Sequence record: LC620505.1
Source: Escherichia phage NiC89
DNA length: 64,000 nucleotides
Reading direction: 5' to 3' (one strand)
Part shown: piece after piece, positions 28,345 to 37,216 of the stretch
Position numbering within the stretch: the stretch's first letter is position 1
Layout of the letters: every line of letters starts with the position of its first letter
Program-made: the position numbers and the translations under genes
Notes under the pieces: generated by a model
Seen by the model: only the letters and a program-made list of their open reading frames with translations
The model's database searches: none
What the model was told of the DNA's origin: nothing

Positions 28345-29369
28345 ATCTTAGCATATTTAGATAACCGCATTTTAGCCATCAACCCCTGGGCAATATTATT
28401 TTTCATATATTCCATAATTTGTTCAGGGGTTGCACCTTCCTTTCTAATCATATCATTAACATCTTTTGATTTCCAGGGAGATTTATCCCAAAACATAACC
28501 CTTTCTCCTGCATCAACTAATTTAGTCATTCGCTTGATAGTGTCAGGGTGACGAGGTTCATTATCTAAGACCCACACTCGTCTATCTTTAAATGGAACAA
28601 CTTCTAGGTCTAATTGACCACCCGTAATAGCTATACCATTTTCAATAAAAAGTGAATCTATAGGTCCTTCTAGAACATATACATCGCCATCTTTAACTCG
28701 TTCAACACCGTAAATTTTTGTTGCCTCAGGATAAGCTTTAATGGTGATATATTTTTGAGGAGCATCTTTCTTTAATGCACGTCCTTGAAAAGACTCAGCC
28801 TTTCCGTTAGCATTATAAATTGGAATAACAAGACGAGGCTCAGGTATTTCCTTTTTATATGTTCCCGGTACTATGCTATTAACCAATTTAGGCCATTCGG
28901 TTGTAAACCAAAGATATTTCCATTTATCCTTTGGAATACAACGAGCTTTTACATATTTTATAATTGGATGGTCTTCCGCCAGTTTATCTAATCTAACACA
29001 TGACGGAAGAGATTTAATTATTTTCTTCTCAGGTTGTTTAGGAAGTTCTTTAGGTTTTTCTACTGGACGACTTTTACCTTTTTCTTTTCTTATTTCAAAG
29101 ATATACTCACGATATAAATCAGGTTCAAACTCCTTTAAATATATTCCTATTGGTGCATGATAGTTACAGTTATAACAGTGAATATTTCCTTCATTATTAT
29201 CACCATAATACCATCCACGAGCTTTATTCTGGTCGGTTTTTGAATCTCCACAAACAGGGCATCTAAACCGCAATTTAAAAGTTGAACTATTATTTACTTG
29301 TGTGAATTTAGGTAAATGAGCTAATGCACGGTATGCAAACTCATTATCAATCCAAGGTATTGATGACAT
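28341..29369 (-). CDS. 61: DNA primase gp61
   Basis: 342 aa, same length as T4 gp61; N-terminal zinc ribbon CPVCGDS...CYNC. Confidence 0.9.
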   Translation of the reverse strand: MSSIPWIDNEFAYRALAHLPKFTQVNNSSTFKLRFRCPVCGDSKTDQNKARGWYYGDNNEGNIHCYNCNYHAPIGIYLKEFEPDLYREYIFEIRKEKGKSRPVEKPKELPKQPEKKIIKSLPSCVRLDKLAEDHPIIKYVKARCIPKDKWKYLWFTTEWPKLVNSIVPGTYKKEIPEPRLVIPIYNANGKAESFQGRALKKDAPQKYITIKAYPEATKIYGVERVKDGDVYVLEGPIDSLFIENGIAITGGQLDLEVVPFKDRRVWVLDNEPRHPDTIKRMTKLVDAGERVMFWDKSPWKSKDVNDMIRKEGATPEQIMEYMKNNIAQGLMAKMRLSKYAKI

Positions 29370-29371
29370 TT

Positions 29372-29536
29372 TTACTCTTCTTTTTCTTTAGATTCCTCTT
29401 TTTTCTTTTTAGGAATCTGTTCAGGACCTTTATTTACTACAGCGCCTGATGTTGTTCCAGTAGAGATATTTTCAGGACTACCACCTGAATCTCCAGCAAC
29501 CATATCTTCTTTGATAAATTCTTTATATGTTTTCAT
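29372..29536 (-). CDS. Hypothetical protein, 54 aa, Lys/Glu-rich tail (not in ORF track)
   Basis: Hand-translated MKTYKEFIKEDMVAGDSGGSPENISTGTTSGAVVNKGPEQIPKKKKEESKEKEE. Confidence 0.4.
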   Translation of the reverse strand: MKTYKEFIKEDMVAGDSGGSPENISTGTTSGAVVNKGPEQIPKKKKEESKEKEE

Positions 29537-29580
29537 ATTAACCTCTATTCATAAAAGCATTAAAAATTTGGTCATCAATC
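29535..29580 (-). repeat. Direct repeat copy A (~46 bp) spanning the 3' end of the 118-aa gene
   Basis: 43/46 identical to 29891-29936. Confidence 0.7.
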
Positions 29581-29894
29581 GATGGAATAGCAACTTTTTC
29601 TGCATCATTTAGCAAATCATTAATTTCATCAGATAGCATAACACATGTATCTTTATTTCCTGTAATTGTTACTGCGCAATTACGAACATTTTCTTTATTA
29701 AATTTTAGGTTAATATTTTCGTAATGAAAATCCTTTAATGCTGAATATATTTTTAAAATAAAATTGTCTTTTACTACAATAAACCCAACCTCACTATTAA
29801 AACGTGGCTCATGGAAACTGTAATAAACCTTTTCATCTATAAAATCGTATGAAATTTTTTCCATTTTTAAATATGAAAATTCAGAACTATACAT
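29538..29894 (-). CDS. Hypothetical protein, 118 aa; single-domain paralogue of the 213-aa neighbour
   Basis: Shares FIVVKDN core and identical C-terminal SIDDQIFNAFMN(R/K)G with 29896..30537. Confidence 0.6.
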   Translation of the reverse strand: MYSSEFSYLKMEKISYDFIDEKVYYSFHEPRFNSEVGFIVVKDNFILKIYSALKDFHYENINLKFNKENVRNCAVTITGNKDTCVMLSDEINDLLNDAEKVAIPSIDDQIFNAFMNRG

Positions 29895-29936
29895 ATTAAC
29901 CTTTATTCATAAAAGCATTAAAAATTTGATCGTCAA
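29891..29936 (-). repeat. Direct repeat copy B (~46 bp) spanning the 3' end of the 213-aa gene
   Basis: 43/46 identical to 29535-29580. Confidence 0.7.
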
Positions 29937-30537
29937 TAGAAACTTTTACTTTAGGCTGTTCTTCAAACGGTAATTCATATCCACATATTACAATTTTGTG
30001 ATCGATACCAAAATACACAGAAGCAATATGATTAATATTATTTTCAGTGAAATCTAAATCAACATCAATATCTTTTTGACCACAGCCCAAAGGATAAATA
30101 ATGCGAGTAATTCGATTATCTTTAACAAATATTCCACCGACATACTCTGTGCTGCGTTTAAAGTCTACACGCCGACGAAATGAAAAATATTCAGGCTCTC
30201 TATGAGCTCGGCTCATAGGACACAACGAGTAACTAGAATAAGAGATGTCAAATCCTACGCCTTCAATATGAGCCAACGTGTCATGATTAAACCAATTATA
30301 ATCGTACGCCAAGTCCATTAGATTATAATATGTAAAAGGCACCGGATTAACATCATATGTTGTACCTTTAAAATCTGCCCAGGCAACGATTTCATTATCT
30401 TTAACAATTACAAAAATTGTGCCAATAAGATATCCACGGTTATTTTCATCAGGCGTTATATTATAACATTGTGCATCAGGAAATTTACCGTATTTAAACG
30501 GTGGATTTTTGTGCATATAATAAATCATATTATTCAC
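29896..30537 (-). CDS. Hypothetical protein, 213 aa, two tandem KDN-motif domains (61.2-like by position)
   Basis: Internal duplication: IFVIVKDNEIV and GGIFVKDNRITRIIY. Confidence 0.6.
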   Translation of the reverse strand: MNNMIYYMHKNPPFKYGKFPDAQCYNITPDENNRGYLIGTIFVIVKDNEIVAWADFKGTTYDVNPVPFTYYNLMDLAYDYNWFNHDTLAHIEGVGFDISYSSYSLCPMSRAHREPEYFSFRRRVDFKRSTEYVGGIFVKDNRITRIIYPLGCGQKDIDVDLDFTENNINHIASVYFGIDHKIVICGYELPFEEQPKVKVSIDDQIFNAFMNKG

Positions 30538-30823
30538 CTGTGATTTCGGTTACGATATTTTTGTTATTAAAGTTTTTATCGCAATACAGAACATAATTAT
30601 ACTGCATTACACCACCAGACTTAAGCTGTTTTTGTACTTCAGCTTTCATTTCAGGACGATCGCGCTCAACGATATTCATAATATCCGCTTCAATTTGAGT
30701 TTCAACTTCAGTCTGATCCGCAGTCATAGACCATTCACACAAATCTTTATCATAACCTGCCATAGCAGGCTGAGCAGCACAAGAAGCTAAAGCAAAAATT
30801 GTAGCAAAAATAAATTTTTTCAT
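30530..30823 (-). CDS. sp: Spackle (Sp) periplasmic protein, superinfection exclusion
   Basis: 97 aa, same length as T4 Sp; cleavable signal peptide; position between 61.x genes and dmd. Confidence 0.7.
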   Translation of the reverse strand: MKKFIFATIFALASCAAQPAMAGYDKDLCEWSMTADQTEVETQIEADIMNIVERDRPEMKAEVQKQLKSGGVMQYNYVLYCDKNFNNKNIVTEITGE

Positions 30824-30883
30824 GATAATCTCCTCAGTAGTTTATGTTTATATAGTATCTCAATTTCCAACAAAAGTAAATAG

Positions 30884-31141
30884 TTATTTTAAAACTTCTG
30901 CATAATCACATGTTACAAACTGTTTCTCTAACTTAACGATCTTACGAAAATATCTTTTGCATTGACGAATCTGCCTCTTCGTAGGACGTACAGCAAACTT
31001 AATAAATTCCACTCGACCAAATGGAGGACTTTCTTCTGCTGGAATATCTAGCACCAATTCCCATGTATCTGCAATAAGTGCTTTGAATTGCGTATTTTTC
31101 CTGACGTTATATGGAGTAGGTTTAAATAAAACAATATGCAT
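30884..31141 (-). CDS. Basic 85-aa protein (61.4 position; possibly the ToxN-inhibitor TifA)
   Basis: Highly basic; immediately downstream of dmd. The TifA assignment is from my recollection that tifA lies beside dmd, not from sequence recognition. Confidence 0.4.
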   Translation of the reverse strand: MHIVLFKPTPYNVRKNTQFKALIADTWELVLDIPAEESPPFGRVEFIKFAVRPTKRQIRQCKRYFRKIVKLEKQFVTCDYAEVLK

Positions 31142-31142
31142 A

Positions 31143-31325
31143 TTATCCTCGGCAATCTACTTCACATACTTTCTTGTCATCAATGAAAGCTTTAACTAAT
31201 GCTTTATTAACTTCAGCATATTGAGTAGTAGCCCATTGAACGTCATCTTTCATCATTGTGGTTTCTTTAGTAAACATGCTTTCATTCTTAAACCACCCCA
31301 TAAAAACTACCTTTACCAATTCCAT
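31143..31325 (-). CDS. dmd: Dmd, antitoxin against RnlA/LsoA
   Basis: 60 aa; sequence MELVKVVFMGWFKNESMFTKETT... consistent with T4 Dmd; adjacent to gene 41. Confidence 0.8.
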   Translation of the reverse strand: MELVKVVFMGWFKNESMFTKETTMMKDDVQWATTQYAEVNKALVKAFIDDKKVCEVDCRG

Positions 31326-31354
31326 AACAATCTCCTCATTTAACCAACAAGACT

Positions 31355-31384
31355 ACTATACCATAGTCTTGTCAGCTTGTAAAC
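31355..31384 (-). promoter_or_regulatory. T4-type early promoter upstream of dmd
   Basis: GTTTAC (31379-31384), 18-bp spacer, TGGTATAGT. Confidence 0.55.
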
Positions 31385-32811
31385 TAAAATTTTAATTCAT
31401 TTGCCAAAGCATCTAACTGAGCTCGAGCTGATTCGTTTCTTTGATAGCGATTCTGTTCAGCCTGAATCTGTTGTGAACCTGCTACTTCACTCACTTCGGT
31501 TGGAGTAGAATCTTGTTCAATTTCTACCCATTTTTGATTTCCTTTTTGAACACCCATCAAAAACTTATTCCACTTATTCTTATCACCATATCGTGATTTG
31601 ATTTGCTTAATGAGTTGTTGTTCAGCAGCTGCTAGCTCCTCGGTTTCAATGACCGCAAGCATAAAATCAGCTGTTGCTGGAAGACCGGCAGATTCTGCAA
31701 TATCGCTCATGTTAACATCGGAAGAGTCCCAAGCTTGTTTACCGACCTGTGCTGCAGTCCAAAGAACAGTTTCGGTTTCAACAGCAAGAGCACGTAATTC
31801 CTCTGCAATAGCTTTAACAGTTGTGTAACTATTTTCTGAATAAACTCTGATGCGGCAAGATTTACAAATACCTAGATAGTCGACAATAATGATTGTTGGA
31901 ACAAAATTCTTTTTGAGCTTCAATTCATTCAAGAGAGACCTGAATGTATTAGCGTCTGCTCCACCAGTAGGGTACTGTTTAACGATTAAACGACCGAGAG
32001 TAGATTTCTCACGCCATTTTTCCATTTTTCCTTTATACTCGGCATAAGAAATATGTCCATCATCAATGTCATCAAGAGAAACATCGAGCATGTTAGCATC
32101 AATACGTTTAGCACAGACTTCTTCTGCCATTTCCATGGAGATATAAAGAACGTTATGACCAAGCTGCAAATAATCTGCTGCTAATGAACAAAGTCCTAAT
32201 GATTTACCAACGTTAACGCCAGCCATTAAAACGTTCAGTGTTCCAGTCTCAGCTCCGCCTTTAGTAATTTTATTTAGAATTTTGAGTCTAAATGGAACTT
32301 TACGAGCTTTATTCATATAAGATAGCCAACGTGCTTCATAGTCATCCATCCAATCATGGCCAACGTAGCTATCAAATGAAATTGATAATGCCTGGCGCAT
32401 GATGTCAGGAATAGCACCAACATCCGGCATTTTCTTATTTCGTTTTTCCGGAGGAAGCTCAGCATTAGTTTGAATTTCGATTATTTTAGACGTAGCATTA
32501 AACATCGCCCTTTGCTGAACATATTTTTCTGTTTCTTTTACTAACCAGCTGTGGTCTTCTGGAGAATCAGTCAGTTTTGAAATAAGTGTTTTTACACCAG
32601 AATATTCTGTTTCAGTAAATGAACTATTTTCTAATGCAACATTTAACGCATTAATAGATGGAACGCTATGATACTCGTTGACATGAGATTTAATTAATTT
32701 GAATGTATTTTTAGCTGGACCACTTTCAAAATATTCTGAATCCATATATGGCCAAACTTTTGAAAAATAAGCTTGATCAAATATGAGATGAGAAAGAATA
32801 ATTTCTACCAC
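31384..32811 (-). CDS. 41: Replicative DNA helicase gp41 (DnaB-like)
   Basis: 475 aa, same length as T4 gp41; Walker A GVNVGKS. Confidence 0.9.
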   Translation of the reverse strand: MVEIILSHLIFDQAYFSKVWPYMDSEYFESGPAKNTFKLIKSHVNEYHSVPSINALNVALENSSFTETEYSGVKTLISKLTDSPEDHSWLVKETEKYVQQRAMFNATSKIIEIQTNAELPPEKRNKKMPDVGAIPDIMRQALSISFDSYVGHDWMDDYEARWLSYMNKARKVPFRLKILNKITKGGAETGTLNVLMAGVNVGKSLGLCSLAADYLQLGHNVLYISMEMAEEVCAKRIDANMLDVSLDDIDDGHISYAEYKGKMEKWREKSTLGRLIVKQYPTGGADANTFRSLLNELKLKKNFVPTIIIVDYLGICKSCRIRVYSENSYTTVKAIAEELRALAVETETVLWTAAQVGKQAWDSSDVNMSDIAESAGLPATADFMLAVIETEELAAAEQQLIKQIKSRYGDKNKWNKFLMGVQKGNQKWVEIEQDSTPTEVSEVAGSQQIQAEQNRYQRNESARAQLDALANELKF

Positions 32812-32820
32812 ACTTACTCC

Positions 32821-33183
32821 TTAAAAGAATTTAAATTTTTTCTTTGACCTTTTATTAAATGCATCTTGTAGTTGCATTGTAATACATTTTTCTACATGAG
32901 GAGCTAACTCAGCTTTTCTTTCTTGGTCAAGAACAGCAAAGTCCATTACAACCTTTCCATCAACCCAATCCAGTTTAGTTACATACACTATATGTGTAGA
33001 ACCATCTTCTAGTTTAATGACAATCTCCTGGATAACATTTTCCATGGCAGATTTAATTATCTTAAGAGATTCATTAAAAAGACGTTCTTTTCTTTCTTCT
33101 TCCCCCTCCGAAGAGGGGGATTCATCGATAATTTCTAGATCTAAATCTAAATCATCTTTATTCATTAAATTCTTCCATATCAC
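32821..33183 (-). CDS. 40: gp40 (head vertex assembly protein), by size and position
   Basis: 120-aa ORF between 41 and uvsX. Confidence 0.5.
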   Translation of the reverse strand: MIWKNLMNKDDLDLDLEIIDESPSSEGEEERKERLFNESLKIIKSAMENVIQEIVIKLEDGSTHIVYVTKLDWVDGKVVMDFAVLDQERKAELAPHVEKCITMQLQDAFNKRSKKKFKFF

Positions 33184-34339
33184 TTAACTGCTCGAGGTCA
33201 GTTTCTAAATCAGCAGCTGATTTACTTTTACTTTCTGGGGATTTAAATTTTTCAACCTTTGAGTTAATCAATTCATCAACTTCAGCTTCAACAATTTCAT
33301 TACTATCAATAGCACCTAACTGATAAGCACGCTTAATAGCATCTCGGAATGGTTGATGCTTAAATAAAGGACCCCAGAATGTAGTGCAGTTGGTATCTTT
33401 TGCACGCCAAGATTTTTCTTCGCGAATCATCTCGCCGGTTTCTTCGTCAAGAAATTCACGAGCATACCAGCCATTTTTAGGTTTTACTACAAATCCTAAT
33501 TCTAGAGCCATATCTAACAATCCAGAATAAGGATCGATACCACCGTCAAATTTAACATCAATAAAGAATTTACTTTTTTCTTTAACGGTACGAGATTTTT
33601 CTACATTTAGAACAAATTGATACCCCTGAAGATCAGAACCATCTTTAATCTGACGTTTACCGATAATGAATACAGTATCAGCCGAATACATTACGCCTGT
33701 ACCACCTGTCATCACGGTTTTACTAAACATTTCAATTGTTTCAATTGTATGGTTAACCGCAACACATGGAATGTTTTTAATACTAAAATAAGGAGTAACA
33801 ATACGGAATAATGACTTCAGTGATTTAGCACGAGTCATATCTGCCACAGATTTTTCATTCAAGGCATCTTCAGTTTCTTTCTTAGAAGCCATATTACCGA
33901 TTGAGTCGATGAATACAATAACTTTTTCACCGCGTTCAATAGCTTCAAGCTGGTTCACCATATCAATTTTCAGCTGTTCAACTGACTGAATCGGCGTATG
34001 AATTACTCGTTCCGGGTCAACTCCCATGGATCGCAAATAAGCTGGAGTAATACCAAATTCGCTATCATAGAATAGACAAACCGCGTCAGGATATTTGTTC
34101 AAATATGCCGCAACCATAGTCAAAGACATATTTGATTTAAAGTGTTTAGAAGGCCCTGCGAAAATAGTTAAACCAGACTGCATACCGCCATCAATCGCAC
34201 CAGAAATAGCAATATTAAGCATTGGGATTTTTGTACGGATTACATCCTTTTCATTAAAGAATTTAGATGTAGTCAGTTCAGCAGTCATTTTAGAAGTGGA
34301 AGCTTTAATCAAACGGGATTTTAAATCTGCAATAGACAT
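33158..34339 (-). CDS. uvsX: UvsX recombinase (RecA-like)
   Basis: 393 aa; RecA-fold P-loop region; acidic C-terminus. Confidence 0.9.
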   Translation of the reverse strand: MSIADLKSRLIKASTSKMTAELTTSKFFNEKDVIRTKIPMLNIAISGAIDGGMQSGLTIFAGPSKHFKSNMSLTMVAAYLNKYPDAVCLFYDSEFGITPAYLRSMGVDPERVIHTPIQSVEQLKIDMVNQLEAIERGEKVIVFIDSIGNMASKKETEDALNEKSVADMTRAKSLKSLFRIVTPYFSIKNIPCVAVNHTIETIEMFSKTVMTGGTGVMYSADTVFIIGKRQIKDGSDLQGYQFVLNVEKSRTVKEKSKFFIDVKFDGGIDPYSGLLDMALELGFVVKPKNGWYAREFLDEETGEMIREEKSWRAKDTNCTTFWGPLFKHQPFRDAIKRAYQLGAIDSNEIVEAEVDELINSKVEKFKSPESKSKSAADLETDLEQLSDMEEFNE

Positions 34340-34352
34340 TCATTTTTTCCAT

Positions 34353-34377
34353 AGGCATCATTATATTTTCCTCACTG
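34353..34377 (-). promoter_or_regulatory. Candidate middle promoter upstream of uvsX
   Basis: On - strand TGCCTAA (MotA-box-like, 5/7), 11-bp spacer, TATAAT. Weak match. Confidence 0.3.
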
Positions 34378-34416
34378 GTTAAAGATAGAGTAATTATAAC
34401 ACAATAAATTTAGGCA

Positions 34417-35265
34417 TTAATCAACTGCTATTGGATGAATAGCATTAAACTTATGAAATGCTTCTGATTTTTCTTTACGTGAAACACACATGCGAAGAAC
34501 CTTTAATGGCTCGTCTTCTTCACCCAACGATTTTCGTTTTTCAATATTAGAAGTTTTCCAACGAGCTTGCTCTGGAAACTCTCTATTGATTTGCTCAAGC
34601 GCTCTATTATGTTTAGAATTACTACGAATTGAACTGCACCCGCCAGGAGCTTGTGCTTTTCCAGATACAACCAGATATTTGAACAAGGCCAAATGCGGAT
34701 AACCTTGATTAATTAAATTGAGAAATGCATACATATCTTCGCACAAATCAATTTTTCCATACCCAATTTGTTCTGTCGTAAGTTTTCCAAGGTCATACCA
34801 TGTATTCGTGAATCCGTATGAATTTTCACGATAATTACCCCAAGATGAAGTAATTTTAAAAATTGGTAGACGAGCATGACCATGATAATACCCACAATCC
34901 ATGGCATCCTCAACATATTGAATCAATTCATAGAACTGTTCACGAGTCAATTGATTGACTTTATCTACGCAACGACGATCATCTCTTTTTCGCATTGAAC
35001 TCATACGAATAGTAGTATCATCGTCAATCATCCAGATTCGTTGACCTGCATACATATCAGTAATTGCTTTACGAGTACCGGCAATTCCGTTTACATCATC
35101 AGGAATAGTTATAATTTTAGCTCTAGACCCATAGGCATCATAATAAGCTTTTTCTTCATGTTCACGCACTACAATATGAGGTTCATAATCAGTCGGAAAC
35201 ATATCAAGGGCAGAAACTGCCCCGACACGCTGATAACTTGGAATTACGAATTGAATCATTTCCAC
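34417..35265 (-). CDS. GT-A (DxD) glycosyltransferase in the beta-gt slot; candidate beta-glucosyl-HMC-alpha-glucosyltransferase
   Basis: 282 aa with IWMIDDDTTI motif; lies between uvsX and gene 42 where T4 has the 351-aa beta-gt. Confidence 0.5.
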   Translation of the reverse strand: MEMIQFVIPSYQRVGAVSALDMFPTDYEPHIVVREHEEKAYYDAYGSRAKIITIPDDVNGIAGTRKAITDMYAGQRIWMIDDDTTIRMSSMRKRDDRRCVDKVNQLTREQFYELIQYVEDAMDCGYYHGHARLPIFKITSSWGNYRENSYGFTNTWYDLGKLTTEQIGYGKIDLCEDMYAFLNLINQGYPHLALFKYLVVSGKAQAPGGCSSIRSNSKHNRALEQINREFPEQARWKTSNIEKRKSLGEEDEPLKVLRMCVSRKEKSEAFHKFNAIHPIAVD

Positions 35266-35996
35266 TCACCTTTATAGTCTTTTTTCACAATATGAGTTTC
35301 GCCAGTATTCCACCAATGATCAACCAAGTAAAAATGACGAGAATATACATGAAGACTTCCGACATTCCATATAATAGAACCTGCTTTATACTGACGAGTT
35401 GAATCGCCGGCATTCAAATCAGATACTAATTTATCTAATACGTATTTTTGCCATGCATAATCATTACGGAATCCGAAGACCACGTCATTTGAGCGCATGC
35501 TTACTACTGCATTAACTTTCTTATCACGAATCAGGTACTGTACTGTATTAGTACACATGAAATCTGACATACCATCTTTATTGTAGTCAAATTGCATGGA
35601 TGGACGAGTATAAATCATGATACCGCGTCGAGAATCAGGATTTTGACCAAGTTCAGCTAAACACATATCATACTGGGCATAGTTATCTTCTGACCAAATA
35701 GCCCAACCATAATTCGAGTTAATTTCACCTTTAGAAGATGCTACCTGCTGCCAAATCTTTGGTGTTTCGCCTGGAATATCTTTAACAAACAAGCTCTTAG
35801 ATTTATACCATTCAAGTTCACGCTGAATGTATTCATCATTAAGAGCGCCAAAAATAAACGGTTCATCTGCTACAAATGATGCGCCAATAATTTCAATAGT
35901 TTTAACACCAGTTTTATCGACTACGAAATCTTTTTCTTTTAATGCAAGCCCCAAATGAAGACGGATTTCTTCAACTGTCATAGAGTCACTAATCAT
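35256..35996 (-). CDS. 42: dCMP hydroxymethylase gp42
   Basis: 246 aa, same length as T4 gp42; thymidylate-synthase-like fold motifs. Confidence 0.9.
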   Translation of the reverse strand: MISDSMTVEEIRLHLGLALKEKDFVVDKTGVKTIEIIGASFVADEPFIFGALNDEYIQRELEWYKSKSLFVKDIPGETPKIWQQVASSKGEINSNYGWAIWSEDNYAQYDMCLAELGQNPDSRRGIMIYTRPSMQFDYNKDGMSDFMCTNTVQYLIRDKKVNAVVSMRSNDVVFGFRNDYAWQKYVLDKLVSDLNAGDSTRQYKAGSIIWNVGSLHVYSRHFYLVDHWWNTGETHIVKKDYKGEWK

Positions 35997-36003
35997 TTAA
36001 ACC

Positions 36004-36153
36004 TCAATTGATACATTCATATTTAACTTGTAACAGTAATAAACTCCAACCTATAATAAGTGGCGGAATCATAAGAGGAACTGTTACGCTATAGTATATA
36101 CTTATTATAATCATCAAGATTAAAAGCAATACTGCTAAAATTTTGCTTTTCAT
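36004..36153 (-). CDS. Small membrane protein, 49 aa (not in ORF track)
   Basis: Hand-translated MKSKILAVLLLILMIIISIYYSVTVPLMIPPLIIGWSLLLLQVKYECIN. Confidence 0.3.
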   Translation of the reverse strand: MKSKILAVLLLILMIIISIYYSVTVPLMIPPLIIGWSLLLLQVKYECIN

Positions 36154-36401
36154 TCCTTCTCTCTGATGATAATTACTTGATTTTGCTGTACAGATTTTTT
36201 AGTTTCACCTGCAATTGACCAAATAAAAGTAATAAACCAACCAATGATTGACCAGTTAAACAGTAAAGATGTGAAAAAGATTCCTACTGTCGATTTTGAC
36301 CCACGCATCAAGGCGATGAACCATGGAAGCATGTATATAATAATAGCCAACACGCCTGAAACTAAAACCATAAAAATTGAACCTGCTACTAAAGTTTCCA
36401 T
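36150..36401 (-). CDS. imm: Immunity protein Imm
   Basis: 83 aa, same length as T4 Imm; two TM segments; position between 42 and 43. Confidence 0.7.
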   Translation of the reverse strand: METLVAGSIFMVLVSGVLAIIIYMLPWFIALMRGSKSTVGIFFTSLLFNWSIIGWFITFIWSIAGETKKSVQQNQVIIIREKE

Positions 36402-36408
36402 GTTTTCC

Positions 36409-36789
36409 TCACTTAGTCAAATTTTTTACACATGAATTATAAGAATTCACTACATACTCCATCGGAGCATTTTTACCGGTACGCCATTGGTAATTATTAG
36501 CCCAATTAGCCCAAATTTCGGCGCAGTAGTTTTCAACTTTTTCTTCGCGTGTAATTACATCAGAATTACGATATGCTTGAGCAGATTCATCTGGGCGAAT
36601 AGCTTCGTCAAAATTTGCCTGCATTTGTTCTACTGTTTGCTTTGGAGCTTCTTTATAACACTTGACATTAGGATTATAAAATTTGCTTGAACAGTTTACA
36701 ATTTTTCCTACATCAGACTGATTTACTACCGGTCCTTGAGCTACACAACCAGTAAGACCTAATGCAATAACCAAAATAACGATTTTCAT
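36409..36789 (-). CDS. Putative lipoprotein, 126 aa
   Basis: Signal peptide with lipobox LTGC|V. Confidence 0.55.
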   Translation of the reverse strand: MKIVILVIALGLTGCVAQGPVVNQSDVGKIVNCSSKFYNPNVKCYKEAPKQTVEQMQANFDEAIRPDESAQAYRNSDVITREEKVENYCAEIWANWANNYQWRTGKNAPMEYVVNSYNSCVKNLTK

Positions 36790-36799
36790 AATAATTTCC

Positions 36800-37036
36800 T
36801 CAAATGCAAGTAGTAATTACTCCAGTAGTGCTTATGCAGATATTACCCATTTGCACACCTAAAGACCCATTTGTATTCACATGAAGATTATCATCAATTT
36901 TAACTGATATTTTACCATTAGTGTGAATAACGGTGCTAGATTCAATCACAGGTTGAGTATCATTTTCAACACTAACAAACGGAACTGCTGCTAATGCAAC
37001 TAAACAAACTGCTAAGCATCCCATAACAATTTTCAT
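36800..37036 (-). CDS. Secreted/membrane small protein, 78 aa
   Basis: Track ORF begins MENKMK; start taken at MKIVMG after conserved leader; N-terminal signal-like segment. Confidence 0.5.
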   Translation of the reverse strand: MKIVMGCLAVCLVALAAVPFVSVENDTQPVIESSTVIHTNGKISVKIDDNLHVNTNGSLGVQMGNICISTTGVITTCI

Positions 37037-37070
37037 TTTATTCTCCAAATCCGTATTAGTTGATAGTTGT

Positions 37071-37100
37071 ATAGTACCATGGAAGAACAGAGATGTAAAC
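37071..37100 (-). promoter_or_regulatory. T4-type early promoter
   Basis: GTTTAC (37095-37100), 18-bp spacer, TGGTACTAT; conserved leader. Confidence 0.6.
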
Positions 37101-37186
37101 AGTTTTGTGAAATTTTTTTAGGGAATTCTAAAGGTCCAGAATCATCTGTTTTTCATAAGTATAGATTTATATTACTTGTATGAAAA

Positions 37187-37204
37187 AGGGACCCGGAGGT
37201 CCCT
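37187..37204 (-). terminator. Hairpin (agggacc-cgga-ggtccct) after gene 43
   Basis: 7-bp stem with UCCG loop 13 nt after the gene 43 stop. Confidence 0.5.
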
Positions 37205-37216
37205 AAATTTATTCTA

